A DNA stretch of 22,262 bases, from the IMG/VR virus record IMGVR_UViG_2700989171_000001; one strand, given 5' to 3'. Below the pieces are notes generated by a model. The model was given only the letters and a program-made list of their open reading frames with translations, ran no database searches and had not been told where the DNA came from. A program made the translations under genes and the position numbers. Position 1 is the stretch's first letter; every line of letters starts with the position of its first letter. Below, piece by piece: positions 1-8,104 of this stretch. The DNA comes from a virus (lineage: Duplodnaviria; Heunggongvirae; Uroviricota; Caudoviricetes).

Positions 1-775
1 ATACGCGACATGCAGTATCATTCAGCGCAACGCCAATTGCGCGGTTTGATTTACTCTCTTCCGGGTTTATCCATGCCACCCGGCGCTGCATATCTATTTG
101 TTGCCATTCAAGGTTGATGATGTTCGAGCGTCTTAAGCCTGTTGCCAGTGCAAATTCAACAACAGACTTTAATGGCTCCGGACATTCATCAATCAGCCTT
201 TGTGCTTCATGGGGCTCCAGCCAGCGGATCCGTTTATTCTTTGGTTGAGGCACTTTAATAATTGGTGCCTTATCGAGCATTTTCCATTCACGCTCTGCGG
301 CTCTTAGCAGGGCCTTTATAAATGAAAGATGCGTAGCCTTCGTTGCAACGGACGCTGGTTTTGGCGTGTATTCTGGAACAGGTTTCCCTTTTTTTCTGCA
401 TGCTTCTGCCCTGAGTTTCCAGTTTTCCTCATGACGCCGGTTCGTCATTTTCTGCATTGCTGAATAAATTTTTGATTCAGTAATGTCTCTTAGTTGCATT
501 CCTGCGAAATGTTGAAGCCAGAATCCGATCCGGCTTTTGTCATCGTCCAGTGATTTTTTATGTGCTTTCTCTTCAAGCCACCTGACACACGCTTCCTCGA
601 ACGTTATATCAGGTATTTCACCAAGTTTGCTGACCCGCCATGCTTCAGCCTTTAGCTTGTCATGGAGTTCTGTCGCCTGCCTTTTGTCCTTTGTTCCAAG
701 AGACTGTTTAAATCTTTTACCGTTCGGCAATGTGAAACTGGCGTACCATATTTCACCTCTGCGGAAGAGTGACAT
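1..775 (-). CDS. int: Tyrosine integrase, P22-type; only the N-terminal ~258 codons are in the window
   Basis: Minus-strand ORF with ATG at 775..773; translation begins [33 protein letters not shown]..., recognised as the P22/e14-family integrase N-terminus. Absent from the ORF track because it runs off the window edge. Confidence 0.85.
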   Translation of the reverse strand, partial: MSLFRRGEIWYASFTLPNGKRFKQSLGTKDKRQATELHDKLKAEAWRVSKLGEIPDITFEEACVRWLEEKAHKKSLDDDKSRIGFWLQHFAGMQLRDITESKIYSAMQKMTNRRHEENWKLRAEACRKKGKPVPEYTPKPASVATKATHLSFIKALLRAAEREWKMLDKAPIIKVPQPKNKRIRWLEPHEAQRLIDECPEPLKSVVEFALATGLRRSNIINLEWQQIDMQRRVAWINPEESKSNRAIGVALNDTACRV

Positions 776-1002
776 TTTCTTTCCTCTGTTATGCCATCAC
801 CCGCGCTCACCTTGATAGTATGCAGCGGAGACTGAAGCGCCGCAATGCAGGCTTGTCGCGTTGTGAGGTAAGGAGATTTTGGTTTAGTGGGGTCTTTGCG
901 TGTTGCCTGTAGGCGGCCTGTTCGTATCCAGTTGGTAGCGGTAGGTCTGGATATCTTGAGAAACTGACAGGCCTCATCGAGTGTGAGGCTGTATGATTCC
1001 AT
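652..1002 (-). CDS. xis: Excisionase, P22 Xis-like (116 aa)
   Basis: ATG at 1002..1000 preceded by AGAGG; [37 protein letters not shown]... is an AlpA/Xis-type helix-turn-helix; overlaps the int start by about 124 nt in another frame. Confidence 0.8.
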   Translation of the reverse strand: MESYSLTLDEACQFLKISRPTATNWIRTGRLQATRKDPTKPKSPYLTTRQACIAALQSPLHTIKVSAGDGITEERKCHSSAEVKYGTPVSHCRTVKDLNSLLEQRTKGRRQNSMTS

Positions 1003-1252
1003 GGTTACCTCTGCTTTTTGAACGCATGTCACGTAACTTCTTAATGTGTTCTGCCGTTTCGATCTCTTCTGCTATCCGATCTGCATCAGCTTTATTCACA
1101 GGTTCAAAGTCATGATTAAAGCGGAACATGCTGGCGATACATGTTCTGCCTTTTCGGATGTAGTGAACTTTGTTGTGGGTAGAACGCAGGATTTTGCAGG
1201 GAGTGCCGTGGTGGTCGACGTACCAGGTGTTAGGAAAAATGATTCTGAACAT
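974..1252 (-). CDS. Hypothetical Cys/His-rich small protein of the exo-xis region (92 aa)
   Basis: ORF with GAGGTG RBS-like sequence before the ATG at 1252; several His/Cys residues (HH..C..H..H..C) suggest metal binding; position corresponds to the lambda ea8.5 slot, homology not verified. Confidence 0.5.
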   Translation of the reverse strand: MFRIIFPNTWYVDHHGTPCKILRSTHNKVHYIRKGRTCIASMFRFNHDFEPVNKADADRIAEEIETAEHIKKLRDMRSKSRGNHGIIQPHTR

Positions 1253-1299
1253 TTTTACACCTCAGTTGGACGATGTTGAAATTTGCTGCTTTGAGGCCA

Positions 1300-1518
1300 T
1301 CACAATCCCCATTGTTTGTTCTTAAGTTCGATCTCCTCCTGGCAACTTGCACAAGTCCGACAACCCTGAACGGCCAGGCGTCTTCGTTCATCTATGGGAT
1401 CGCCACACTTACAACAATGAGTGGCAGATATAGCCTGGTGGTTCAGACGACGCATTTTTATTGCTGTATTGCGCTGTAATTCTTCGATTTCTGATGCTGA
1501 ATCAATGATGTCTGCCAT
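1300..1518 (-). CDS. TraR/DksA-family C4 zinc-finger protein (72 aa), lambda orf73-like
   Basis: ATG at 1518..1516; CCKCGDPIDERRRLAVQGCRTCASCQ is a CxxC...CxxC motif with spacing typical of TraR/DksA C4 zinc fingers. Confidence 0.7.
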   Translation of the reverse strand: MADIIDSASEIEELQRNTAIKMRRLNHQAISATHCCKCGDPIDERRRLAVQGCRTCASCQEEIELKNKQWGL

Positions 1519-1571
1519 CTTCCATTAATCCCTGAATTATTGGTTAATACGCTTGAGGGTGAATGCGAATA

Positions 1572-1594
1572 ATAAAAAAGGAGCCTGTAGCTCC
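1572..1594 (-). terminator. Putative rho-independent terminator inside the leftward early operon
   Basis: Minus-strand transcript would read GGAGC-UACAG-GCUCC followed by a U6 tract (plus strand aaaaaaggagcctgtagctcc). Confidence 0.55.
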
Positions 1595-1616
1595 CTGATG
1601 ATTTTGCTTTTCATGT

Positions 1617-1832
1617 TCATCGCTCCTTAAAGACGCCGTTTAACATGCCGATCGCCAGGCTTAAATGAGTCGGTGTGAATCCCATCAGCGTTACCGTTTC
1701 GCGGTGCTTCTTCAGTACGCTACGGCAAATGTCATCGACGTTTTTATCCGGAAACTGCTGTCTGGCTTTTTTGATTTCAGAATTAGCCTGACGGGCAATG
1801 CTGCGAAGGGCGTTATTATGTTCTATTGTCAT
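1617..1832 (-). CDS. Hypothetical protein (71 aa)
   Basis: Internal ATG at 1832..1830 with GAGG 6 nt upstream; the longer 117-aa track ORF would overlap the upstream gene; stop lies 7 nt after the preceding gene. Confidence 0.5.
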   Translation of the reverse strand: MTIEHNNALRSIARQANSEIKKARQQFPDKNVDDICRSVLKKHRETVTLMGFTPTHLSLAIGMLNGVFKER

Positions 1833-1839
1833 ATTGGCC

Positions 1840-2592
1840 TCACACTTCGAATGCCAGTTGAGGGGTAAAGACGTCCCGTTCAGCGTTGTAATTAAGTGAA
1901 CTGGCACTGTTGAATGATTCAATGCGTTCCACAAGAACTTGCGTACGGGTTTCTTTACTTGCGGGAGCATATGGCGAACCTACCCAGGATTTGTCGATGC
2001 CTATATTTCTTGCGACGTTCGTGCTGTCTGCAGACGAAAGCGGTACATGAGTAAAAATGTCTTTATTTAACATCCGTAACCCATGAATCTTGGTGATTGG
2101 GTAGCCGTACTGATCTACAACATGACGTATAAGATCGCGTAGTTTAGCCCGACACGCTCTCGGTCGTTTTGCATCGTATTCCCCCATCGAGCCGATGCAG
2201 ACGCGGGGAAACTCATGGCACAGACGAATAAATCGCTCATCTGGTTCGTTCATGTGCCACACCGGAGCACCAATAAATTTACCGTGAGGCCATGCCGCAA
2301 TCAGGGCGTCATTCTCTTCACTGGTTCCGCCGATAACATCCGGGATAACCGCGAATGAGAAACGAGGGTGATTACCCCAGCGTTCAACAAATCTGTAATA
2401 TTCATTCCAGTCTACGGCCTTGTTTTTTGTCCAGAATGTGAATGCACCATTATCAAGAGCAAATGATTGGGTGACTTCGGAAGCCAGATCAATCTGAGCT
2501 GGATTAGCAAAACTGATGAATGCGTGTCTGCCTTTCCAGGCTTTCAACGCACAGGTATCGGGAGTTATTGGACCACCGTGAAAATGAATCAT
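1840..2592 (-). CDS. Hypothetical protein (250 aa), function unknown; possible (beta/alpha)-barrel enzyme
   Basis: Long ORF whose ATG (2592..2590) overlaps the stop of the upstream small ORF (ATGA coupling); conserved-looking acidic motifs ALDNGAF, IPDVIGG, SSADST. Confidence 0.6.
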   Translation of the reverse strand: MIHFHGGPITPDTCALKAWKGRHAFISFANPAQIDLASEVTQSFALDNGAFTFWTKNKAVDWNEYYRFVERWGNHPRFSFAVIPDVIGGTSEENDALIAAWPHGKFIGAPVWHMNEPDERFIRLCHEFPRVCIGSMGEYDAKRPRACRAKLRDLIRHVVDQYGYPITKIHGLRMLNKDIFTHVPLSSADSTNVARNIGIDKSWVGSPYAPASKETRTQVLVERIESFNSASSLNYNAERDVFTPQLAFEV

Positions 2593-2747
2593 ACACTCTC
2601 CCGTTTATTATTTATCTCCTCAGCCAGCCGCTGTGCTTTCAGTGGATTTCTGATAACAGAAAGGCCGGGAAATACCCAGCCTCGCTTTGTAACGGAGTAG
2701 ATGAAAGTGATCGCGCCTACCCGGATATTATCGCGAGGATGCTTCAT
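2589..2747 (-). CDS. Small protein (52 aa), lambda orf60a-like
   Basis: ATG at 2747..2745 overlaps the exo stop; translation [52 protein letters not shown]; below the ORF-track size cutoff. Confidence 0.5.
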   Translation of the reverse strand: MKHPRDNIRVGAITFIYSVTKRGWVFPGLSVIRNPLKAQRLAEEINNKRESV

Positions 2748-3424
2748 CGCCATTGCTCCCCAAATACAAAACCAATTTCAGCCAGTGCCTCGTCCATTTT
2801 TTCGATGAACTCCGGCACCATCTCGTCAAAATTCGCCATGTACTTTTCATCCCGCTCAACCACGACATAATGCAGGCCTTCACGCTTCATGCGCGGGTCA
2901 TAGTTGGCAAAGTACCAGGCATCTTTTCGCGTCACCCACATGCTGTACTGCACCTGGGCCATGTAAGCCGACTTTATGGCCTCGAAACCACCGAGCCGGA
3001 ACTTCATGAAATCCCGGGAGGTAAACGGGCATTTCAGCTCAAGGCCATTGCCGTCACTGCATAAACCATCGGGAGAGCAGGCGGTGCGCATACTTTCGTC
3101 GCGATAGATGATCGGGGATTCAGTAACATTCACGTCGGAAGTGAACTCAAACAGGGTTCTGGCGTCGTTCTCGTACTGTTTTCCCCAGGCCAGTGCTTTA
3201 GCGTTAACTTCCGGAGCCACACTGGTGCAAACCTCGGCAAGCAGGGTGTGGAAGTAGGACATTTTCATGTCAGGCCACTTCTTTCCGGAGCGGGGTTTTG
3301 CTATCACGTTGTGAACTTCTGAAGCGGTGATGACGCCGAGCCGTAATTTGTGCCACGCATCATCCCCCTGTTCGACAGCTCTCACATCGATCCCGGTACG
3401 CTGTAGGATAATGTCCGGTGTCAT
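2744..3424 (-). CDS. exo: Lambda exonuclease (Red-alpha)
   Basis: 226-aa translation [50 protein letters not shown]... matches lambda Exo as I recall it, nearly residue for residue. Confidence 0.95.
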   Translation of the reverse strand: MTPDIILQRTGIDVRAVEQGDDAWHKLRLGVITASEVHNVIAKPRSGKKWPDMKMSYFHTLLAEVCTSVAPEVNAKALAWGKQYENDARTLFEFTSDVNVTESPIIYRDESMRTACSPDGLCSDGNGLELKCPFTSRDFMKFRLGGFEAIKSAYMAQVQYSMWVTRKDAWYFANYDPRMKREGLHYVVVERDEKYMANFDEMVPEFIEKMDEALAEIGFVFGEQWR

Positions 3425-4206
3425 GCAGCCACCTTCTGTTCAGAGGCTTTCTGTTTCAGGAATCCAAGAGCTTTCACTGCTTCGGCCTGTGTCAGTTCTG
3501 ACGATGCGCGAATGTCGCGGCGAAATATCTGGGAACAGAGCGGCAATAAGTCGTCATCCCATGTTTTATCCAGGGCAATCAGCAGAGTGTTAATCTCCTG
3601 CATGGTTTCATCGTTAACCGGAGTGATGTCGCGTTCCGGCTGACGTTCTGCAGTGTATGCGGTATTTTCGACAATGCGCTCGGCTTCATCTTTGTCATAG
3701 ATACCAGCAAATCCGAAGGCCAGACGGGCACACTGAATCATGGCTTTATGCCGTAACATCCGTTTGGGATGCGACTGCCACGGCCCCGTGATTTCTCTGC
3801 CTTCGCGGGTTTTGAATGGTTCGCGGCGGCATTCATCCATCCACTCGGTAACGCAGATCGGATGATTGCGGTCCTTGCGGTAAATCCGGCATGTGCAGGA
3901 TTCATTGTCCTGCTCAAAGTCCATACCATCAAACTGCTGGTTTTCATTGATGATGCGGGACCAGCCATCAACGCCCACCACCGGAACGATGCCGTTCTGC
4001 TTATCAGGGAAGGCGTAAATTTCTTTCGTCCACGGATTAAGGCCGTACTGGTTGGCGACGATCAACAATGCGATGAACTGCGCATCGCTGGCATCACCTT
4101 TAAATGCCGTCTGGCGAAGAGTGGTGATCAGTTCCTGTGGGTCGACAGAATCCATGCCGACACGTTCAGCCAGCTTCCCTGCCAGCGTTGCGAGTGCTGT
4201 ACTCAT
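3421..4206 (-). CDS. bet: Lambda Bet (Red-beta) single-strand annealing protein
   Basis: 261-aa translation [59 protein letters not shown]... matches lambda Bet; 4-nt overlap with exo. Confidence 0.95.
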   Translation of the reverse strand: MSTALATLAGKLAERVGMDSVDPQELITTLRQTAFKGDASDAQFIALLIVANQYGLNPWTKEIYAFPDKQNGIVPVVGVDGWSRIINENQQFDGMDFEQDNESCTCRIYRKDRNHPICVTEWMDECRREPFKTREGREITGPWQSHPKRMLRHKAMIQCARLAFGFAGIYDKDEAERIVENTAYTAERQPERDITPVNDETMQEINTLLIALDKTWDDDLLPLCSQIFRRDIRASSELTQAEAVKALGFLKQKASEQKVAA

Positions 4207-4211
4207 CCGTT

Positions 4212-4628
4212 TTATACCTCTGAATCAATATCAACCTGGTGGCGGGCAATAGTTTCAACCATGTACCGGATGTGTTCTGCCATGCGCTCCTGAAACTCAA
4301 CATCGTCATCAAACGCACGGGTAATGGCTTTTTTGCTGGCCCCGTGGCGTTGCAAATGATCGATGCATAGCGATTCAAACAGGTGCTGGGGCAGGCCTTT
4401 TTCCATGTCGTCTGCCAGTTCTGCCTCTTTCTCTTCACGGGCGATCTGCTGGTAGTGACGCGCCCAGCTCTGAGCCTCAATACGATCCTGAATGTAATAA
4501 GCGTTCATGGCTGAACTCCTGAAATAGCTGTGAAAATATCGCCCGCGAAATGCCGGGCTGATTAGGAAAACAGGAAAGGGAGTTAGTGAATGCTTTTGCT
4601 TGATCTCAGTTTCAGTATTAATATCCAT
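4212..4628 (-). CDS. gam: Lambda Gam, RecBCD inhibitor
   Basis: 138-aa translation [49 protein letters not shown]... matches lambda Gam. Confidence 0.95.
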   Translation of the reverse strand: MDINTETEIKQKHSLTPFPVFLISPAFRGRYFHSYFRSSAMNAYYIQDRIEAQSWARHYQQIAREEKEAELADDMEKGLPQHLFESLCIDHLQRHGASKKAITRAFDDDVEFQERMAEHIRYMVETIARHQVDIDSEV

Positions 4629-4726
4629 TTTTTATAAGCGTCGACGGCCTCACGAAACATCTTTTCATCGCCAATAAAAGTGGCGATAGTGAATTTAGTC
4701 TGGATAGCCATAAGTGTTTGATCCAT
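4583..4726 (-). CDS. kil: Kil (host cell-division inhibitor), 47 aa
   Basis: ATG at 4726; [47 protein letters not shown] matches lambda Kil; overlaps gam start as in lambda. Confidence 0.85.
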   Translation of the reverse strand: MDQTLMAIQTKFTIATFIGDEKMFREAVDAYKKWILILKLRSSKSIH

Positions 4727-4859
4727 TTTTTGGGACTCCTGGCTGATTAAGTATGTCGATAAGGCGTTTCCATCCGTCACGTAATTTACGGGTGATTCGT
4801 TCAAGTAAAGATTCGGAAGGGCAGCCAGCAACAGGCCACCCTGCAATGGCATATTGCAT
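4695..4859 (-). CDS. cIII: CIII (FtsH/HflB inhibitor), 54 aa
   Basis: ATG at 4859..4857; translation [54 protein letters not shown]; missed by the ORF track (under 60 aa, different frame from kil). Confidence 0.85.
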   Translation of the reverse strand: MQYAIAGWPVAGCPSESLLERITRKLRDGWKRLIDILNQPGVPKNGSNTYGYPD

Positions 4860-4931
4860 GGTGTGCTCCTTATTTATACATAACGAAAAACGCCTCGAGT
4901 GAAGCGTTATTGGTATGCGGTAACGCCGCGC

Positions 4932-5300
4932 TCAGGCGGCTTTGATAGTCATATCATCTGAATCAAATATTCCTGATGTATCGATATCGGTAATTCTTAT
5001 TCCTTCGCTACCATCCATTGGAGGCCATCCTTCCTGACCATTTCCATCATTCCAGTCGAACTCACACATAACACCATATGTATTTAAGTCGCTTGAAATT
5101 GCTATAAGCAGAGCATGTTGCGCCAGCATGGTTAATACAGCATTTAATACAGAGCCGTGTTTATTGAGTCGGTATTCAGAGTCTGACCAGAAATTATTAA
5201 TCTGGTGAAGTTTTTCCTCTGTCATTACGTCATGGTCGATTTCAATTTCTATTGATGCTTTCCAGTCGTAATCAATGATGTATTTTTTGATGTTTGACAT
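4932..5300 (-). CDS. ea10: Ea10-like protein (122 aa)
   Basis: MSNIKKYIIDYDWKASIEIEIDHDVMTEEKLHQINNFWSDSEYRLNKHG... matches lambda Ea10 as recalled. Confidence 0.8.
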   Translation of the reverse strand: MSNIKKYIIDYDWKASIEIEIDHDVMTEEKLHQINNFWSDSEYRLNKHGSVLNAVLTMLAQHALLIAISSDLNTYGVMCEFDWNDGNGQEGWPPMDGSEGIRITDIDTSGIFDSDDMTIKAA

Positions 5301-5318
5301 CTGTTCATATCCTCACAG

Positions 5319-5346
5319 ATAAAAAATCGCCCTCACATTAGAGGGC
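5319..5346 (-). terminator. Putative rho-independent terminator (tL-type) between ral and ea10
   Basis: Minus-strand RNA hairpin GCCCUC-UAAUGU-GAGGGC followed by a U6 run (plus strand aaaaaatcgccctcacattagagggc). Confidence 0.55.
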
Positions 5347-5482
5347 AAAGAAGATTTCCAATAATCAGAACAAGTCGGCTCCTGTTTAGTTACGAGCGAC
5401 ATTGCTCCGTGTATTCACTCGTTGGAATGAATACACAGTGCAGTGTTTATTCTGTTATTTATGCCAAAAATAAAGGCCACTA

Positions 5483-5683
5483 TCAGGCAGCTTTGTTGTT
5501 CTGTTTGTCAAGTTCTCTGGCAATCATTGCCGTCGTTCGTATTGCCCATTTATCGACATATTTCCCATCTTCCATTACAGGAAACATTTCTTCAGGCTTA
5601 ACCATGCATTCCGATTGCAGCTTGCATCCATTACATCGCTTGAATTGTCCACGCCATTGATTTTTATCAATAGTCGTAGTCAT
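5483..5683 (-). CDS. ral: Ral, restriction alleviation protein (66 aa)
   Basis: MTTTIDKNQWRGQFKRCNGCKLQSECMVKPEEMFPVMEDGKYVDKWAIRTTAMIARELDKQNNKAA matches lambda Ral. Confidence 0.9.
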   Translation of the reverse strand: MTTTIDKNQWRGQFKRCNGCKLQSECMVKPEEMFPVMEDGKYVDKWAIRTTAMIARELDKQNNKAA

Positions 5684-5753
5684 ACGGATAGTCCTGGTAT
5701 TGTTCCATCACATCCTGAGGATGCTCTTCGAACTCTTCAAATTCTTCTTCCAT
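5667..5753 (-). CDS. Small acidic ORF (28 aa), lambda orf28-like
   Basis: ATG at 5753..5751; MEEEFEEFEEHPQDVMEQYQDYPYDYDY; its stop overlaps the ral start (tATGActacgactattga). Confidence 0.45.
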   Translation of the reverse strand: MEEEFEEFEEHPQDVMEQYQDYPYDYDY

Positions 5754-5896
5754 ATATCACCTTAAATAGTGGATTGCGGTAGTAAAGATTGTGCCTGTCT
5801 TTTAACCACATCAGGCTCGGTGGTTCTCATGTACCCCTACAGCGAGAAATCGGATAAACTCTATTCACCCCTACAGAGAGCAAAAGAGAAACGCCG

Positions 5897-6478
5897 ATGA
5901 ACAACTCATGGTGGCAGGAACTAATGCATTTTTTCCTGCAAGGAATGACACTTAAACAGTTGATTCATATGCTAATCATTCTGATCATATTGATTATTGT
6001 TATGCCGGTAAGCGTAAAAGAATGGATAAACCTGCATAATCCAGAAATCCTTCCTCATTACTGGATGTATTACATCCTGTTGTTTTGCGTTAGCTATGTG
6101 CTTAACGGCGTTGTTAATTCCGCTTATCACGCTGTGACTGAAAGAATTGAGGTATCCGCTGCTCAGAAGCGCAAATCTAAAGAAGAAAAATATGTGCAAG
6201 ATTTGTTTGATTCATTAACTCTTGGAGAAAGAGCGTATTTGGCATTCGCTGTAGCCGCTAATAACCAGCTACAAACGGAAAAGGGAGCTCATGAATCAAT
6301 TTCATTGCTCAAAAAAGGACTCCTCGTTCGAAGGCCTCCTGCTGTTGGATATCCTGATACCGACCGTTTCGTTATCCCTGAAAGCTATAGACATGAGTGC
6401 TACATTAGGTTTGCCGGGAAGGCAGACAGCCTTATGGATGAACTTATCGCTCAGGATAAGCATGGCAAAAACAAGTAA
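5897..6478 (+). CDS. sieB: Superinfection exclusion protein B-like membrane protein (193 aa)
   Basis: Plus-strand ORF opposite to the leftward operon; hydrophobic segments LIHMLIILIILIIVMPV and YWMYYILLFCVSYVLNGVV; translation matches lambda/P22 SieB as recalled; AT-rich. Confidence 0.7.
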   Translation: MNNSWWQELMHFFLQGMTLKQLIHMLIILIILIIVMPVSVKEWINLHNPEILPHYWMYYILLFCVSYVLNGVVNSAYHAVTERIEVSAAQKRKSKEEKYVQDLFDSLTLGERAYLAFAVAANNQLQTEKGAHESISLLKKGLLVRRPPAVGYPDTDRFVIPESYRHECYIRFAGKADSLMDELIAQDKHGKNK

Positions 6479-6494
6479 TTAGCAAATGAATTTA

Positions 6495-6767
6495 TCATCT
6501 CGCCGTCAGTTGTTTTGATTTCCGGTAGCCTGCCGCGTAAATGGCTACGTTTGGCAGGCAAATACTTCCACTGCATTCATCTGCCTTCTTGCAGCGAAGG
6601 CTTCCGAGTGATGCTGCTTTGTCTGCTCTGACGCAACCAGAGAGCTTTAGCGCAATTTTTCGCGCCAGTCGCTGTTCTTGCATTGCCTGCTCACGTTGAG
6701 CCTGTCTGCGTGCTCTGCGGCGATTTCTGGCGTTATCGTTAGCCAGATATGTAATGACTACTGCCAT
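6495..6767 (-). CDS. N: N-type transcription antiterminator (90 aa) with N-terminal arginine-rich motif
   Basis: ATG at 6767 preceded by GGAGG; arginine-rich NARNRRRARRQAQREQ near the N-terminus; middle segment ARKIALKLSGCVRADKAASLGSLRCKK resembles phage 21 N and the C-terminal YAAGYRKSKQLTAR resembles P22 gene 24 protein, from memory. Confidence 0.8.
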   Translation of the reverse strand: MAVVITYLANDNARNRRRARRQAQREQAMQEQRLARKIALKLSGCVRADKAASLGSLRCKKADECSGSICLPNVAIYAAGYRKSKQLTAR

Positions 6768-6875
6768 GTTGACCTCCGATGATTGACTTTGGCGGTGACG
6801 CGCCGGGTGCTTATCTTCCGGTTGCCGTCGTGCAGCTGCACTTCACGTCACCCCAAAGCCAACTACTCTTTGGTT

Positions 6876-6915
6876 CCCGCATTTCGGCGGGACAATCCCA
6901 TCAATGTTAAAGAGC
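6876..6915 (-). promoter_or_regulatory. nutL: nutL (boxA plus boxB hairpin)
   Basis: Minus-strand reading GCTCTTTAACA (boxA-like), spacer, then CCCGCCGAAATGCGGG hairpin; the same boxA and boxB sequences recur on the plus strand downstream of cro. Confidence 0.65.
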
Positions 6916-6954
6916 CTGCCAATCTGTTCCGTTTGGCTACCAGCGTCCTGCTGA

Positions 6955-7050
6955 TGACTTAAATTTAAGATTTCTTTAATTGTTGGTCAAGGGTGTTTTT
7001 GAAGAAAACTTAAATTTTATTGCGAAGTTTAAGTTTTGCTTTGATTTTTA
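6955..7050 (-). promoter_or_regulatory. OL operators and pL promoter region
   Basis: Three P22-type operator-like repeats (aatttaagatttctttaatt; aacttaaattttattg; agtttaagttttgctttga); minus-strand -35 TTGACC (plus 6986..6991) and -10 TTAAAT 17 bp downstream. Confidence 0.5.
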
Positions 7051-7054
7051 AAGG

Positions 7055-7080
7055 AAAGAAAAAAAGGGGCGAATGCCCCT
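7055..7080 (-). terminator. Putative rho-independent terminator at the 3' end of c2
   Basis: Minus-strand hairpin AGGGGC-AUUC-GCCCCU followed by U-rich tract (plus strand aaaaaaaggggcgaatgcccct); overlaps the c2 stop codon. Confidence 0.6.
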
Positions 7081-7730
7081 TATGGAAGGTTTGCTATTTT
7101 TGCATCGACAACTACACCGATGATTTTGCAGTTCCCGTTGATCTCAATCATCGGATATTGTGGGTTAAGTGGTTTTAGAAACCTTCTACCAGCATCAATA
7201 ACTAACTTCTTGAAAGTTGCCTCGTTTTCTCCTTCGAGCTTTGCCACTACCAGCTTCCCATTACGAGGTTCTACTTCAGGATCAACAAGTATTATCATCC
7301 CTTCCGGGATGCTAAGACCGGCTGGAGCCGTCATCGAATCACCCTTTACGTCCAGCCAAAACGAATCTTCTGAACAATCTACGGTTGTATCGTACCAGTT
7401 ATCTATTGCACGCTTATGATATGGCTCTACAGCTTCCATCCAACATCCTGCGCTTACCCAACTAATTAGAGGATACGAACCTCTTGGATCATGCCTGCTG
7501 TGATAGGCAATGTTTGAAAGACTATCTTCTCCTTTCAACAAGTAATCAGGGGAGCACTGTAAAGCCTTGGCTAAAGCCAATAGGTTTTCGCCATTGGGCT
7601 CAGTTTCAGAACGCTCCCATTGGGAAATAGCAACATTAGACACGCCAACCATCTTGCCAAGGGCAGCCTGCCTAATCTTAAGTTCTTTTCTGCGAGCGCG
7701 AATACGCTCACCCATCAGTTGTGTATTCAT
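7080..7730 (-). CDS. c2: P22 c2-type (CI-like) repressor, 216 aa
   Basis: MNTQLMGERIRARRKELKIRQAALGKMVGVSNVAISQWERSETEPNGENLLALAKALQCSPDYLLKGE... matches P22 C2 repressor (N-terminal HTH, C-terminal LexA-like autocleavage domain) as recalled. Confidence 0.95.
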   Translation of the reverse strand: MNTQLMGERIRARRKELKIRQAALGKMVGVSNVAISQWERSETEPNGENLLALAKALQCSPDYLLKGEDSLSNIAYHSRHDPRGSYPLISWVSAGCWMEAVEPYHKRAIDNWYDTTVDCSEDSFWLDVKGDSMTAPAGLSIPEGMIILVDPEVEPRNGKLVVAKLEGENEATFKKLVIDAGRRFLKPLNPQYPMIEINGNCKIIGVVVDAKIANLP

Positions 7731-7734
7731 AGTT

Positions 7735-7805
7735 AAGACATCTTAAATAAACTTGACTTAAGATTCCTTTGATAGATAATTTAAGTATTCTTTAATTTGG
7801 TGGCG
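7735..7805. promoter_or_regulatory. OR operators with pR and pRM
   Basis: Three operator-like repeats with TTAAG....CTTTAA half-sites (catcttaaataaacttgac; cttaagattcctttgat; aatttaagtattctttaatt); plus-strand -35 TTGACT (7753..7758), 16-nt spacer, -10 GATAAT (7775..7780) upstream of cro. Confidence 0.6.
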
Positions 7806-7810
7806 AGTCT

Positions 7811-7996
7811 ATGTACAAGAAAGATGTTATCGACCACTTCGGAACCCAGCGTGCGGTAGCTAAAGCGTTAGGCATTAGCGATGCAGCAGTCTCTCAGTGG
7901 AAGGAAGTCATCCCAGAGAAAGACGCCTATCGACTGGAAGTCGTTACAGCTGGCGCCCTGAAGTATCAAGAAAGTGCTTATCGCAAAGCGGCATAA
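7811..7996 (+). CDS. cro: Cro (61 aa), P22-type
   Basis: MYKKDVIDHFGTQRAVAKALGISDAAVSQWKEVIPEKDAYRLEVVTAGALKYQESAYRKAA; HTH, matches P22 Cro as recalled. Confidence 0.9.
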   Translation: MYKKDVIDHFGTQRAVAKALGISDAAVSQWKEVIPEKDAYRLEVVTAGALKYQESAYRKAA

Positions 7997-8003
7997 GCAA
8001 ATT

Positions 8004-8045
8004 GCTCTTTAACAGTCATGGTCCTTATTCCCGCCGAAATGCGGG
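8004..8045 (+). promoter_or_regulatory. nutR: nutR (boxA plus boxB hairpin)
   Basis: GCTCTTTAACA at 8004..8014 and hairpin CCCGCCGAAATGCGGG at 8030..8045, identical to the nutL elements. Confidence 0.65.
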
Positions 8046-8104
8046 AATACAACGCGCATCAGTTGGTGCGTATAACTTCTTATTTGTTAAGGAAATACTT
8101 ACAT

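Noticed and set aside
537-815. Plus-strand 92-aa ORF in the int/xis region
   Set aside because: Lies antisense to the well-supported integrase and excisionase coding sequences; Ser/Leu-rich translation typical of antisense reading; no RBS.
1617-1970. 117-aa version of the minus-strand ORF extending upstream to 1970
   Set aside because: The extension overlaps the 3' end of the 250-aa gene by about 130 nt; an internal ATG at 1832 with GAGG RBS gives a non-overlapping 71-aa product, which I prefer.
3769-4293. Plus-strand 174-aa ORF and other ORFs antisense to bet/gam
   Set aside because: Fully contained antisense within exo-bet-gam, whose translations match known lambda proteins; no start signals.
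5409-5660. Plus-strand 83-aa ORF overlapping ral
   Set aside because: Antisense to ral, which matches lambda Ral; low-complexity translation.
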